From positions 1,819,486 to 1,883,485 of the forward strand of contig CM119268.1 in NCBI GenBank assembly GCA_051294375.1: 64,000 nucleotides of DNA. Direction: 5' to 3'. This document shows, piece after piece, positions 26,636 through 37,603 of the stretch. The translations under genes were made by a program, and so were the position numbers. A model generated the notes under the pieces. The model saw nothing but the letters and a program-made list of their open reading frames with translations. It made no database searches and was not told where the DNA came from. Numbering within the stretch: position 1 is the first letter of the stretch; each line of letters starts with the position of its first letter. Source of the stretch: Paraspadella gotoi (Eukaryota > Animalia > Chaetognatha).

Positions 26636-27296
26636 AATTCTTTCCCTTATTTATTTTACTTATTTATTCATTTTTCAGAAATGTTATTCCTTTTTTATTT
26701 TGCCAAGCAGATGTACTTTGAATTTTTAATGAACTACTGGTTTTAGATGAATATGGTGCTTGAGATGCGACTAGTAATGTAAAAACTATATTTGTTTGTC
26801 AGTTGCGAATATAATTTCTATCACAAATCATTTTTTTAATAATATAGCTTGTACGGTAATAACATATCGTGTCCTATTTTATTAAATTTAACTGCCGGGG
26901 AGGCCCATCGTTTTTAAAGTTTAGTTTTTTGTTATAACAGGTTTTAATTTGCAACATATAAAACTACAATAAATTGGCTAAAGATGTTTCGCGGTTCCCA
27001 TAAAGTTCTTTTTGTCAACCGTCCTCGTTTGCCCCGCGTTTCATCTTCATATTTGAAGAAACTAAAATAAATGAGAACATAACCTGTGAAACTTTTTTAT
27101 AGTTCTCTCTTTTGTTATTATTATCACCAGTTTTGGACATAAAATTATTGTACTCGTAATGCTTAGTTAAAATCGGTTTACATTTTTATTCGTTTTGTTC
27201 GCAATACGGGTGGATTTGTTTTTAAGATATATCATTTTTTATTTTACTTTTAGACCTATTTTTCGAATATCATTTTTTTTGGCAACTATAAGAAAA

Positions 27297-28198
27297 ATGA
27301 CGCGTTACGCCCAAGAACCGGAAAACCCTTCCAAATCGGTCAAAGCCCGCGGCGCCAACTTGCGCGTTCACTACAAGAATACCCGAGAGACGGCCAAAGC
27401 CATTAGCGGGATGCCGCTCAAGCGCGCCACCAGATTTCTCAAGAACGTCGTGGAAAAGAAGGAGATTGTTCCCTTTCGTCGTTACGTCGGCGGCCCCGGG
27501 CGACACGCGCAGGCCAAGGCTTGGAACGCCTCCGGCAGTCAGGGCCGGTGGCCCAAGAAATCCGCCGAGTTTTTGTTGTCGTTGTTGAAGAACGCGGAAT
27601 CGAACGCGGACTACAAGGGGCTGGACGTCGACCACATGGTCATCACCCACATACAAGGTGAACATTAGGCAATGTGGTTTTTTTACGCACTTTTTTATTC
27701 AATATCATGTATGTAAAAAAAAATTACAAAGGAATTTTACAATGAATGCATTGGTGTTGTTTGATATTTTTATTCACTTCATGTTTATCAATTTATAATT
27801 GAAAAAAATAAATAAAGAAATCTAGTATCTACTCTTAAATTAAGAGTTCTTCAAAAAATCGTCTGCGACGATATGAATCAGAAAAATATGTATTTAGACT
27901 TTCAGTTTCTGTCAAGTGGCATGACAGAACGATGTTCGTCGTCACCAAAAAAAGCCATTGAATAATTTCATTTTCTTTTCCTTCAGTAAATCGCGCGGCG
28001 CAGATGAGGCGCCGTACGTACCGCGCCCACGGCCGCATCAACGCGTACATGTCGTCGCCGTGTCACATCGAGGTGATCATGACCGAAAAGGACGACGTCG
28101 TCGTCAAGGGCGCCGACGTGGACGAACCTAAGAAGAAGAAGCAGTCCACGAAGAAGTTGAAGCGACAGAAATTGAAGGAGCAGAGGAGCGAGATGTAA
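27297..28198 (+). CDS. RPL17: 60S ribosomal protein L17 (uL22; 2 coding exons)
   Basis: [53 protein letters not shown]. Intron about 27658-27986. Confidence 0.98.
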
Positions 28199-28449
28199 AA
28201 CGAAGAAGAGCGCGCGACCAACGGCGTCTCCGCTTCTTTACAGTTCTTTCTTTAGACTTTAGGAAACTATGTTCTTTGGTCATCGCGAAATTTAGAACTT
28301 TCGACGCCGGACGAATAACGACGACAAATTTATTAAATGTTTGTTTTGAAAAAAAAAAAAGCTTCCACGTTGATTTGGATTGTTTTTTTCAGGATGTTTT
28401 ATCATTCATTTATTGAAATAACAGAAAAACGAACGAACTCGAAAACTTT

Positions 28450-29981
28450 TCATAGCGACGAAGAGTGTTTGGGTGGAAACCGAATGTCGTTCGGAAGCCA
28501 CCAGAGCGCCACCAGGAACCAGTTCATGTTGTACTTGTGCTGGTTTGCCTGGTCGTAATATTGTACCATGGCCAACGCGAAAAAACCCCACCATATGCAG
28601 AAACCTGAGGATAAGATTTTTAAATATTTTTTTTTTCTGAAATAAAAGAGATTTTTAAAGAAACTGAGCCTTGGAAAAAAAAAGAAGTGAAAGTCTGACC
28701 CATAAAGGCGATGGTGATGCCGACGGCGCCGGCGATTTGAGCCGATTGTGATGTTTTCCACGCCTTGGAATAACGAAAACTGCCTCATTGTCAAGAGTTT
28801 CTTTGATTTTTAACCTCTTAGTCACCTTATCGTAGTTCTTCTTTTGAATGTCCGTTCGCGTTTGCGAGGCGAATGTGATTGCTATGGCTGTTTGAATTTA
28901 AAAGTATAATTTGAAAAGGATCGTTTTAAAAAATGATCCTTTTTGAGAAGAAAAATGTATTGGTTCGATTACCGGAAGGAATCCATGGGAGACAAAAGAG
29001 GCAGGCGGCGAGGACTCCGATGATGAGACCACCGAGAGCCAGGCCCAAGCGATCGTCGGGATATTGTCCTTCGTTGAAGCGTTCGTTCCGCCGATTCTCC
29101 GCTTCTTGTCTCGGCTCCTCCTCTCTCGATGTGTTGCCCGGCTGATTCGTGATCACCACCACTGGGTTGGTTTTTTTTTTAAAGGTGTGGAGGTATATTC
29201 ACACCGCCATACCTCCAGCTTCATTCAGCCATCCCATTGGCTCAGAGGGGGAACGCAACATCCCAAGCGTCATGTTCCATCCACAGTCCTAACGACTTGG
29301 CTCTGAGTTGGCTAAGCGAGAACGTCCTCGAGTAACCGCGCTAGTAGTCGGAAGCCCCTAAAGCCAACAGTGAGGCGGTGCATGGCAGGCAGCTCGGCTG
29401 TTGCTATAAAGGAACATTAGTGGAAGAAAGTCCACTCGGTTTCATTAGCTTTCACTCTTGCCGGTTGCTGGCGGCGGCGGCGGCGGCGGTGGAGGCGGCA
29501 CTGCTGGCGCTATGTATCCGTAATATTGTGGTTGAATGTATTGAGGATATGGACCGATTGGATATTGTTGCGGCATGTAATAGTAGTTGTTTTCGCTAGC
29601 GTTCTGTGCGTGAGGGGAAAAGATGAGTAATTGTGTTTTTCAATAAAGTTTTGATTAAAATAAGTAAATTGCCTTATAATTTTTGTCGGTTCTGCTGTTG
29701 AAGTTTTTCGTCTCCTTTTCCTCCCTCTCTTCGTTATCTTCGTTTTCTGATTTTGGTTCCATGTTATCGCTCCCGTAATTTTTTTCGCTATTGTCATTCT
29801 TGTCGTCGTCGTCGTCGTTTTTTTTGTTTTCGGTATTTTTTTCGTTTTTGTCATTGTTGACAATATCTTCATCGTTTTCGATTCTCTTTTCCTTTTCGTC
29901 AATCTCTTTTCTACCACTTTCGCTTTTGTATCGGTTTTCATTGGTCCTGCTTCCATCACGATCTATGCTTTCGTTTTGCAT
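28450..29981 (-). CDS. CD225/dispanin (PRRT/IFITM-like) membrane protein (6 exons)
   Basis: Spliced minus strand: acidic N-terminus, YYYMPQQYP..PPPPPPPP, VITNQP, PDDRLGLALGGLIIGVLAACLFCLPWIPSAIAITFASQTRTDIQKKNYDKAWKTSQSAQIAGAVGITIAFMGFCIWW; stop at 28450. Confidence 0.75.
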
Positions 29982-30154
29982 TTCCTTAATATTTCTAGAT
30001 TATTCAAAAATAAAAACTGCATAAAAAATATTTAAAAAACTATTATTTCTCGTTACTTGGTTAAAATCGTTTTTTTCGATAATTTTCTTTCTTCAGACGC
30101 ACCTAATCAAATCAGCGCTAATTAACTTTATAGCGACGAAAGATCGAGCAAAAA

Positions 30155-31825
30155 ATGGCAGCGGCCGAGGTTGATGCCTTGGCGGGCGGCGATCACAGAA
30201 GCGAAGAAGATTTGGAACGTCAGGCAGCGGAGGCTCTTTCGGAACTTACCCTCAAACGAAAGCCGGCCATTTGGAGCACGGACCCCTTGGCAGAGCGTAT
30301 CAGGGAGAAAGTGAATTACGATCCTCAAATCACCATGGAGGCCGCTCTCAACAACTCGGGTTAGTTTTAAATGTCACCATACTTCGTCCGTCGGCAGCGC
30401 CCTGTAGACTGTAGAGTTGAACGGATGTTACTAGACGATCTAATTCAACCCGAACATTTTTTTTTAAATCAATATGTTACATGACCAGCATAAAACTCGG
30501 TAAGAGGCGGAAAGCCAAGCGATGGCTAGGTACGTAAGTTGCCTCGTTGTTGTAGATTAGTGTCTAGATATCTAGGTAGATTTCGAAATCTATGAGTTAT
30601 CTGTAGTTTATCTCGAAACTAGTAAATTGTTGGGAACAGCGAATTAAAAAATGACGGTTAATTTACGAAGATACGCTTGGGATGGGCAATTTGGGCATCA
30701 AGTAAAATGTAAGAGCGGAATAATCCCACGCAAAGGGTTGGGGGGCGGGTTTCGAAAGGAATCGCCAGCGGTCGATTTCGGTCGCCGCCGACCCAAGAAG
30801 CGGCGCAATGAGGGACTCCCAACTTAATTAGTCAAGCGGGGGAACATCGTTCTTAAATTTCTGTTCTCACGAATTGGCATGAGACAATATTTCATTTTTC
30901 TTGTTTTTTATCAATTTTTGGTTTTAAGGACATAGTAAAACGTTTATTTAAATTTGATGTTGATCGGGATTCCGTTTTTCTCAGTTCTATATACAGATGT
31001 ATTCCAAGTGCTTAGTTTCCTCCGCCTTCATTTTATCCTTTTCTTTTTACATTCACAGCTGGGCGTCCCGTGCGCGTGTTCGCCGACGGCATCTACGACC
31101 TATACCACTACGGCCACGCCCAGCAGCTGGCCCAAGCCAAGAATATTTTTCCCTGCGTCTATCTAATCGTTGGCGTCTGCAACGACGACCTCACGCATGA
31201 GAAAAAAGGGAAGACCGTGATGAACGAGGAGGAGCGTTACCAGGCCATTCGCCATTGCCGATATGTCGACGAGATCGTCCGCGACCAGCCCTGGTTCCTC
31301 TCCGACGAATTCCTTCGCTTCCACAAGATCGACTTCGTGGCCCACGACGACCTTCCTTACGTCTCCAGCGGGACGGACCTCTTCGCTCACCTCAAGGCCC
31401 AAGGCCGCTTCGTCGCCACCCAGCGCACGGACGGCATCTCCACCTCTGACCTCATCGCCCGAGTCGTCAAGGACTACGACGTGTTCGCCAGACGCAACCT
31501 CGCCCGCGGCTACACCACCCACGAGCTCAACGTCTCCTTCATCAGTTCCAACCGATACCGCCTTGAAAATCTGGCCAGCAAGGGCAAGACCTTTGTCGGC
31601 AAGGGCGTCAATCTGCTGCAGCAATGGGAGCACAACAGCCGCGATTTCATCGCCAATTTCCTGGAAAAATACGGGCCCTCCGGATTGCAAGGCTTCTTCG
31701 GCCGGAGGCAGACGCCGATCGAAGATGGAGCGGCGCGATCGCCGGACGGCGAACTCGAACCGGACGACGAGTATTCGAAGATGGACGAATCGCCGGTGGA
31801 CGGCGAGGAACTCGTCGAGAAGTAG
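30155..31825 (+). CDS. PCYT1: Choline-phosphate cytidylyltransferase (2 exons, 0.7 kb intron)
   Basis: [67 protein letters not shown]. Phase-1 intron about 30360-31058. Confidence 0.95.
30673..30838 (+). other. GC-rich structured intronic island, candidate ncRNA
   Basis: Hand-folded three-way junction at 30735-30794 with a GAAA-capped and a UUCG-capped hairpin; no family recognised. Confidence 0.35.
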
Positions 31826-32587
31826 AAATCTCTTCTATTCACTTTCCGTTGCCTTCGGATCTGCCTCGTAATCTGCTTATATGGATTATCTGGAAAAAAA
31901 ACGAAATGATTTCTTGCTCATATTCCAACGTAGCCGACAGTAGTTATAGCGAAAGATAGAAGACTTTCTCAATCAACTCTCCAGTATTAAAAGCATACTA
32001 TTCAGTGGCAAGTAGTGCAAAATTTGGATTACGTTTTATAATTTGTGTGGACGTCGATTTTGCTGGTGGTTTTTTTTTTTTTGTTTTTTTTTTTTCCACA
32101 CAAATTATAAGGATGATCTGTCATGCACGTCGACGACAATTCTATTCTTTTTCTTTTCTTTTCTTTTTTTTATATTTCGAGGCGGAAGTTCTTTCCGTTT
32201 GGATGTTATTTATAAGTTGCTAGCGATGCCTATATGAAAGATTGTAGTTTTGTCTATTTTTTGTTGCACCCTATTTAATTTATATACAATGGATGCGCTA
32301 CAAATTGAATCCGGAAAATTTGAGAGATTATCTTGAATCTAATTTTTATTTATGATATGGTATTTACCACCTTGAAATTACTTTGATAAAAATGGTTTAA
32401 ATCTTCGACCAAAGAAATCGGTTGGCGCAATTTTTTTATTAATTTTATACGTATATATACAAATCTTTACGTAGCAATAATTTTGATTTACACCGTTGCG
32501 CTAAACTCTACCAAAATCTCTACCAAGTTGAAATGTGCCATTCACTACATTATTTTTTTTTTTTTTCGAATAGCCACAGTTTCCACG

Positions 32588-33340
32588 ATGTTGAACGTCA
32601 GCGAAATTTCGGCTTCCTCCCGAACTGAGCGATGTCTCCACGCCGTTTCCTTCAGCTCCGCCTCCAGTAATTCCCGCTCGAAACACTCGCTGGCCTCCTC
32701 GACCGAACGTCTGCCCCGATCGGCTTTCGTCTCTTCCTCCGGCCTGCCTCAGTATTATAGAGGAAATCACGGCGAGGTCTCCCCCATCCGCGTTCGCCCC
32801 AAATTCATGAGTCTTTATTCATCGAGCCTCTCGAAAGAGGCCGAAAACGTCGCCGACGGAGGCGAAGAATGGGGCGCGTTCCCCGGCGGTGGCGCCGACG
32901 TGGCCCCCGATGCCCGCGCCAAGTCGCTCGTCGGCTCACGCAAGCCCCTCCATTCTCACGTCATGCACTGCGTGCACAATCGCCGCAAAGAGCGCAGATC
33001 GATTGAAAACGTGGAAGGCGACGCCGACCTCGATCCGCAACAGCAGCGCTTGCCCGATCACTGGCTGCGAAAGATCCGAAGGCGCAAGGCTCACCGATCT
33101 CCGTTCTCGGCGCTGGTGCCCGGAAGCGGCGGAGTCGAAGCGACAGAGCGCTTGGAGTTGGGCGAGGATAGCTTCGTCGCCTCCACGATCCCGGACGACG
33201 AAGATGAAGTCGACGAGAGCTTCGCCCCGACTTTGACGGAGAAAACACCGACGCGCGTCTTGTTTCCCGATTTCATGGATCCGTTTCGATCTCCCAAATC
33301 TGGGGTCAAAGGCGTCTTGACCAAAAATGAGACCGTTTAA
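32588..33340 (+). CDS. Uncharacterised Ser-rich protein, single exon
   Basis: 250-codon GC-rich ORF between AT-rich spacers, same codon style as neighbours; no domain recognised. Confidence 0.65.
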   Translation: MLNVSEISASSRTERCLHAVSFSSASSNSRSKHSLASSTERLPRSAFVSSSGLPQYYRGNHGEVSPIRVRPKFMSLYSSSLSKEAENVADGGEEWGAFPGGGADVAPDARAKSLVGSRKPLHSHVMHCVHNRRKERRSIENVEGDADLDPQQQRLPDHWLRKIRRRKAHRSPFSALVPGSGGVEATERLELGEDSFVASTIPDDEDEVDESFAPTLTEKTPTRVLFPDFMDPFRSPKSGVKGVLTKNETV

Positions 33341-33532
33341 AGAAGCAATACTGTTCTCTTATTTCCATTTGCATTTTTGAGATTGCAAGGGGGGTAGTCG
33401 GTAAGATACTGGAACTATAATAGTTTTTAAAATATGTTTTTTGGGGGGGATTTTTATTATTTTTTTCCCTTTTTTACATGAAATTGATAAAATCTCTGCG
33501 GTTGCTTGTTTTGTAGTTGTTAACGTGTTGAA

Positions 33533-35137
33533 ATGGAAAGGCTGAATTTGAAGCCACTTTACCCGCGGAGCCTTCCCTCTGGAAGAGACGTAGAGGAGGC
33601 TTGGTATTGCAGCGGAACGCAAAGACGCTACAAGCGAATGTTAATGTCAAAGGGCGTTTGGCGGGAGACTCACTCAACGCTCGAAAGGCTGAAGAGAGAA
33701 ATCTTAAATTCGATCCGCGACGAGAAAAAACTTCTCCACGCCATGGAGGAGCTCTCGGTTTGGAAAGAGTCAAATTCTGAGTCGACTCAGGCCGCCTTTC
33801 AGATCCTCGGCGAGATACTGCTCTTTTGCGTAGAGGAAAAGAATCTCTCCCCGCTGGCGACGTTGATGGAATTTGGCGCGTCCGTTAATCAGCAAGTGGT
33901 TGACTTTTTCGGCTATAGCGAAGGATTTCTCACCTCGACGACGGCGATTCACAAAGCCGTCGAGGTCGGCGATCCCGAAATGCTCGCTCGACTTTTGCGC
34001 GACTTTGGTGGGGACCCCAACATTCAGGACCGACCCGATCTTAATCCGCCCTCGATGGAGGCGGCGCGATTTCCTCGAAAGCTCCCAGTGCTAAAAGTGC
34101 TGCTCGATTTCGGCGCGGACCCCAACGTTGCTGACAGATTCGGATATACTCCACTGCATCTGGCCGTCTTGCAAATGTTTCCTCCTGGCGACTGGGAGGA
34201 TGTGCGTCTCCCAGAGCGAGAAGAGTTTTTTCCCATCGTCGAACTCCTTCTGGATCGCGGCGCACGGTTGACGGAGGTTCTTTGCCGCGCCGAGGCGGGT
34301 CCCGATGATCGCCATCTGCTGGACAACGTCGTGGACGCGTTCGAGTCCTGCGAAGGCTTGGAGTCTCGTCTGAATTTGATAAATCGCTTAATGCTCTTAT
34401 TGTTGGAACACGGCTTGGATCCCGACGATTGGCGCCGCGAGACCGACTGGCATTGCACTTTGCTCTGCGTCGCCAGCTTCCGGCCAAACTCTTCTTGCGA
34501 TCTTGTTTCGTTGCTTCTCAACCACGGGGCGAGAGTCCCGCTGATGTTGAATCGCGCCGACGTCGTCTTCGCTTCGAACGACGTTCGCGATCGGACTGAA
34601 GGAATTTCCGATTGCGACTGCGTTCGGTGCGAAAAGACGGTTGAATCTCTCGGATCCCGTCTTCTCAAGCGCGCCTTCGAATCATTGATTATTCATCCAG
34701 ATCTTAACGGGGAATCCGACGTCTCTTGTCTCTGCGAAGCGACGCGCAGTTTGATGGACGTTTTGTTGGGGTCTTTTTCTGGGTCTCTTCAGCCGCGTTG
34801 GAGCGACATCGAACTCCGCCGAATGGAACGAATGTCAGAAAGGCTCTCCTCTTCACGAGCATCGTTGCAGACTCGGCGCTGCTTCTCGCGCCTCTTGGAA
34901 TACGTCGCCGAAGCGGATCGTCAACCGTGGTCGTTGCGTCATTGGAGTCGCTCCTCGATTCGCTCGGCGCTTTTTCACTCGAAACGCCGAGTGACTATCG
35001 AGGACGTTGAAAGATTAGGTCTTCCGGAAATCCTTTCTGATTTCGTTCTTCTGAGGTCGAGGCGGCGTTTCTTCATCGATGAAAGATGCGAGGCTTTCTC
35101 GGCTCATGAAGCCTGTTCGCGAATTGGATGCAATTGA
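33533..35137 (+). CDS. Ankyrin repeat and SOCS box protein, single exon
   Basis: Ankyrin repeats (TAIHKAV, LLDFGADPN..GYTPLHLAV, LLNHGA) and a C-terminal SOCS box (PWSLRHWSRSSIR..RLGLPEILSDFV). Confidence 0.85.
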   Translation: MERLNLKPLYPRSLPSGRDVEEAWYCSGTQRRYKRMLMSKGVWRETHSTLERLKREILNSIRDEKKLLHAMEELSVWKESNSESTQAAFQILGEILLFCVEEKNLSPLATLMEFGASVNQQVVDFFGYSEGFLTSTTAIHKAVEVGDPEMLARLLRDFGGDPNIQDRPDLNPPSMEAARFPRKLPVLKVLLDFGADPNVADRFGYTPLHLAVLQMFPPGDWEDVRLPEREEFFPIVELLLDRGARLTEVLCRAEAGPDDRHLLDNVVDAFESCEGLESRLNLINRLMLLLLEHGLDPDDWRRETDWHCTLLCVASFRPNSSCDLVSLLLNHGARVPLMLNRADVVFASNDVRDRTEGISDCDCVRCEKTVESLGSRLLKRAFESLIIHPDLNGESDVSCLCEATRSLMDVLLGSFSGSLQPRWSDIELRRMERMSERLSSSRASLQTRRCFSRLLEYVAEADRQPWSLRHWSRSSIRSALFHSKRRVTIEDVERLGLPEILSDFVLLRSRRRFFIDERCEAFSAHEACSRIGCN

Positions 35138-35302
35138 AAAATTTCTCGAAGATCTTATAGCTATTTATTAATTGTTTTGTTTTTGGTCATGAATATTAAG
35201 AATTTCTCAGAAGAGCTGTCACTATTAATTAAATGTTTACGTTTACAAATTGGCTCTCATCGCGCGTGGTTGTCTTTGACCACGAACGACCGATTAAAAA
35301 TT

Positions 35303-37495
35303 ATGAAATCGCCGGAGAAAAGTTTGGCCGATCTAAAGCGTCGCGGAATCTGCATCATGTGTCGACGAAGTGATTCACAGTACAACGATCCACTGCTAAA
35401 GTCGAAGAAATTCTTCGCTCACAAACTCTGTCTCGCCTACAATTCTCGTCTTACGCAGTTTCACGACGAGACTGATACGAAGAAGTTGTTCGGTTTCGAT
35501 TTGGATCAGGTCTTTCCTTTTTTTTTTCTTTTTTCTTTTTTTCGAAAAGCTTCCTTATTTTAAGACTTAAAGGGCCTCGCCCTTGACGGTTCCTTTCAGA
35601 TTGAAAAGGCGTTCAAAGCAGATCGGTTTCACAAATGCTTTCTCTGTAAACTGCGAGGAGACCGAGCACCTAAAAGTCAAAAATCTAAGCTGAGGGCTGG
35701 AATGTTCGGAGCCTCGGCGGGATGCGCACACTCACCTTGTCGCAAGGTGCTATTTATTACTTTAAAAAAAAATTAAATAAGAAATTTGATTGCTTTTAGA
35801 GATTACTTTTTAGGTAAATTTTATTTATTCACAAGTGGGTAAATATTTTTTTTTATCCACTTTTATATACGAAAAAACGCTTAATCTTAATACGTCTTCT
35901 TAATTTACAATTAATACGAAAACAAACGTGTTTTTTCACCTTAAAACTATAACTTATAACTCACCCGTGTGAAAGTGAAGCAAACATTACAAGATTACGA
36001 TCCCAAGCTAAGAATCCTCCAGAATCCTTTCCGTCCAAGGTGAAACTATCAGTATTTATTTCTGCAGACATTTCACTATCCTTGCGCTCCCGTCAAAATC
36101 CTCGTTCGAGGACACGCCCTCTACGGAGACGTATTCTTTTATCGCGTCTATTGCGGACGTCACCATCGGGATTTGGACCGCCTTCACTTGCGGGCGGAAA
36201 TGGATAAAATCGGCGCCATCGTCGATGGAGTCGGGGATGAGAAAAACATGGAAAGCGACGACGGCGATGACCAAAAACCGGAGTGGAACAGCGACGACGG
36301 AGATGACGAACCGCAGTGTAAAAGCGACGACGACGATAACGAACCGGATTGGAAAAGTGACGAAGGTGATCATCGACCAGAGTTCAAAGACGACGACGAC
36401 GATAACGAACCGGAGTGGAAAAGTGAGGGTGGAATCGCCGAAGTTCCCGCGAAATGGAATCGGATCGGGAGAGAATCTCTCAGATCGAGACTCGACGTCG
36501 AATTTGTCCTCGATTCAATCTCCGTCACTTTTTTAAGCCGCGCCGTCGACGACGACGACGACGACTTGGCCGAATCCCCCGAGACTCCGACGACATCGGC
36601 CGTTTGGCCTTCTTGCCTCCCTCCCGCGCTGCGGAGAAAATTGCCTCCGGAATATGTGAGATATCATCTGCTGGAGATGCTGGAGACTCTCTCCGCCGTT
36701 GTCTCGGACCCGAAAAAGTTTCTCAATCAAGTCTTCCTAAATCTGAGCGCAGAGACTATGGAAGAGTACAAGACAATCTCCGACTCCGAAGCTCTGGTGG
36801 CCAAAGACTCTGAGTTGGCCCGAAAATTGGAAGAGGGCTATCTCCACGCCTTTCGAACTTACGCCGCGAGGGCTTTAGAAAAAGGAATCGATGTCGAGTT
36901 GCTCGGCGAGGGCTCCAACTTTCGATTGGTCGTCAACGACGTTCTTGATCCTACTTTGGAGATAAGAAAGCGACTCCCTAAAACCCTTCGCTACTGGAAC
37001 GACCCCTCTTCCGCGGTGCAGGCGCCCGTCGGAATCGAGACAGTTTTTTCCGAAGCCGACGTTTTGCTCAACTTTCTCTACCTCTCCACGCGAGGACTCA
37101 ACGTGACCGTGGAAGTCGTCGCGGCCGGGAATGACATTTTGGGCGACGCCGTCTCCAACTCCACTTTCTACGAACTTCTCGCCAAAGTCAAACGTTCCCG
37201 AATCGCGCTCGACGAATTTCCCAAAACACCCGTCGTCTTTTTGGCTCCCGTCAACCAAAACCTGGTCGATTTTGAAAAGTACGCCAAGGAAGTCTTCAAG
37301 AAAGTCGCGGCCGACTCGAAGAGCCACGTGACGTTTCTCGTGGTTCCCATTGAAAACCACGGAGTCGCCGTCTGCCATCCCACGGCGATCGTTCCCGGCG
37401 ATGTTAACAAAAGCGACACCGAATTGGAAATCGTAACAGTTTTTGCGACCGACTATGCTCTTGTCATTTATCAGATTCAAAGGAATTCGTTTTAG
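35303..37495 (+). CDS. Extended PHD-finger (G2E3/PHF7/PHF11-like) protein with acidic repeats and unknown C-terminus (3 exons)
   Basis: CIMC..AHKLCL..LFGFDLDQIEK..CFLC..GASAGC..CRK/TFHYPC..YCGRH across introns about 35510-35599 and 35747-36067, continuing into the 36173-37495 ORF. Confidence 0.75.
36253..36423 (+). repeat. Coding tandem repeat, about 5 imperfect 33-36 nt units
   Basis: SDDGDDQKPEWN/SDDGDDEPQCK/SDDDDNEPDWK/SDEGDHRPEFK/DDDDDNEPEWK. Confidence 0.85.
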
Positions 37496-37603
37496 TCCCC
37501 ATTTGGTTGGAATTTTTGTCCAAATCTTTTATCCAGTCTTTTTTTTTCGGTCATGATCTTGATTTTTTTTTCTCTTTCGTTTCTCGAAATTGTTGAATTT
37601 TTT

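Noticed and set aside
29184-29400. 7SK-like fragments (tgaggcggtgcatggcag; catcccattg) or a telomerase RNA/HDV ribozyme identity for the structured intron
   Set aside because: No GAUC motifs, no Pol III T-run terminator, no 1.5-repeat telomeric template, and HDV P1/P3 topology could not be built.
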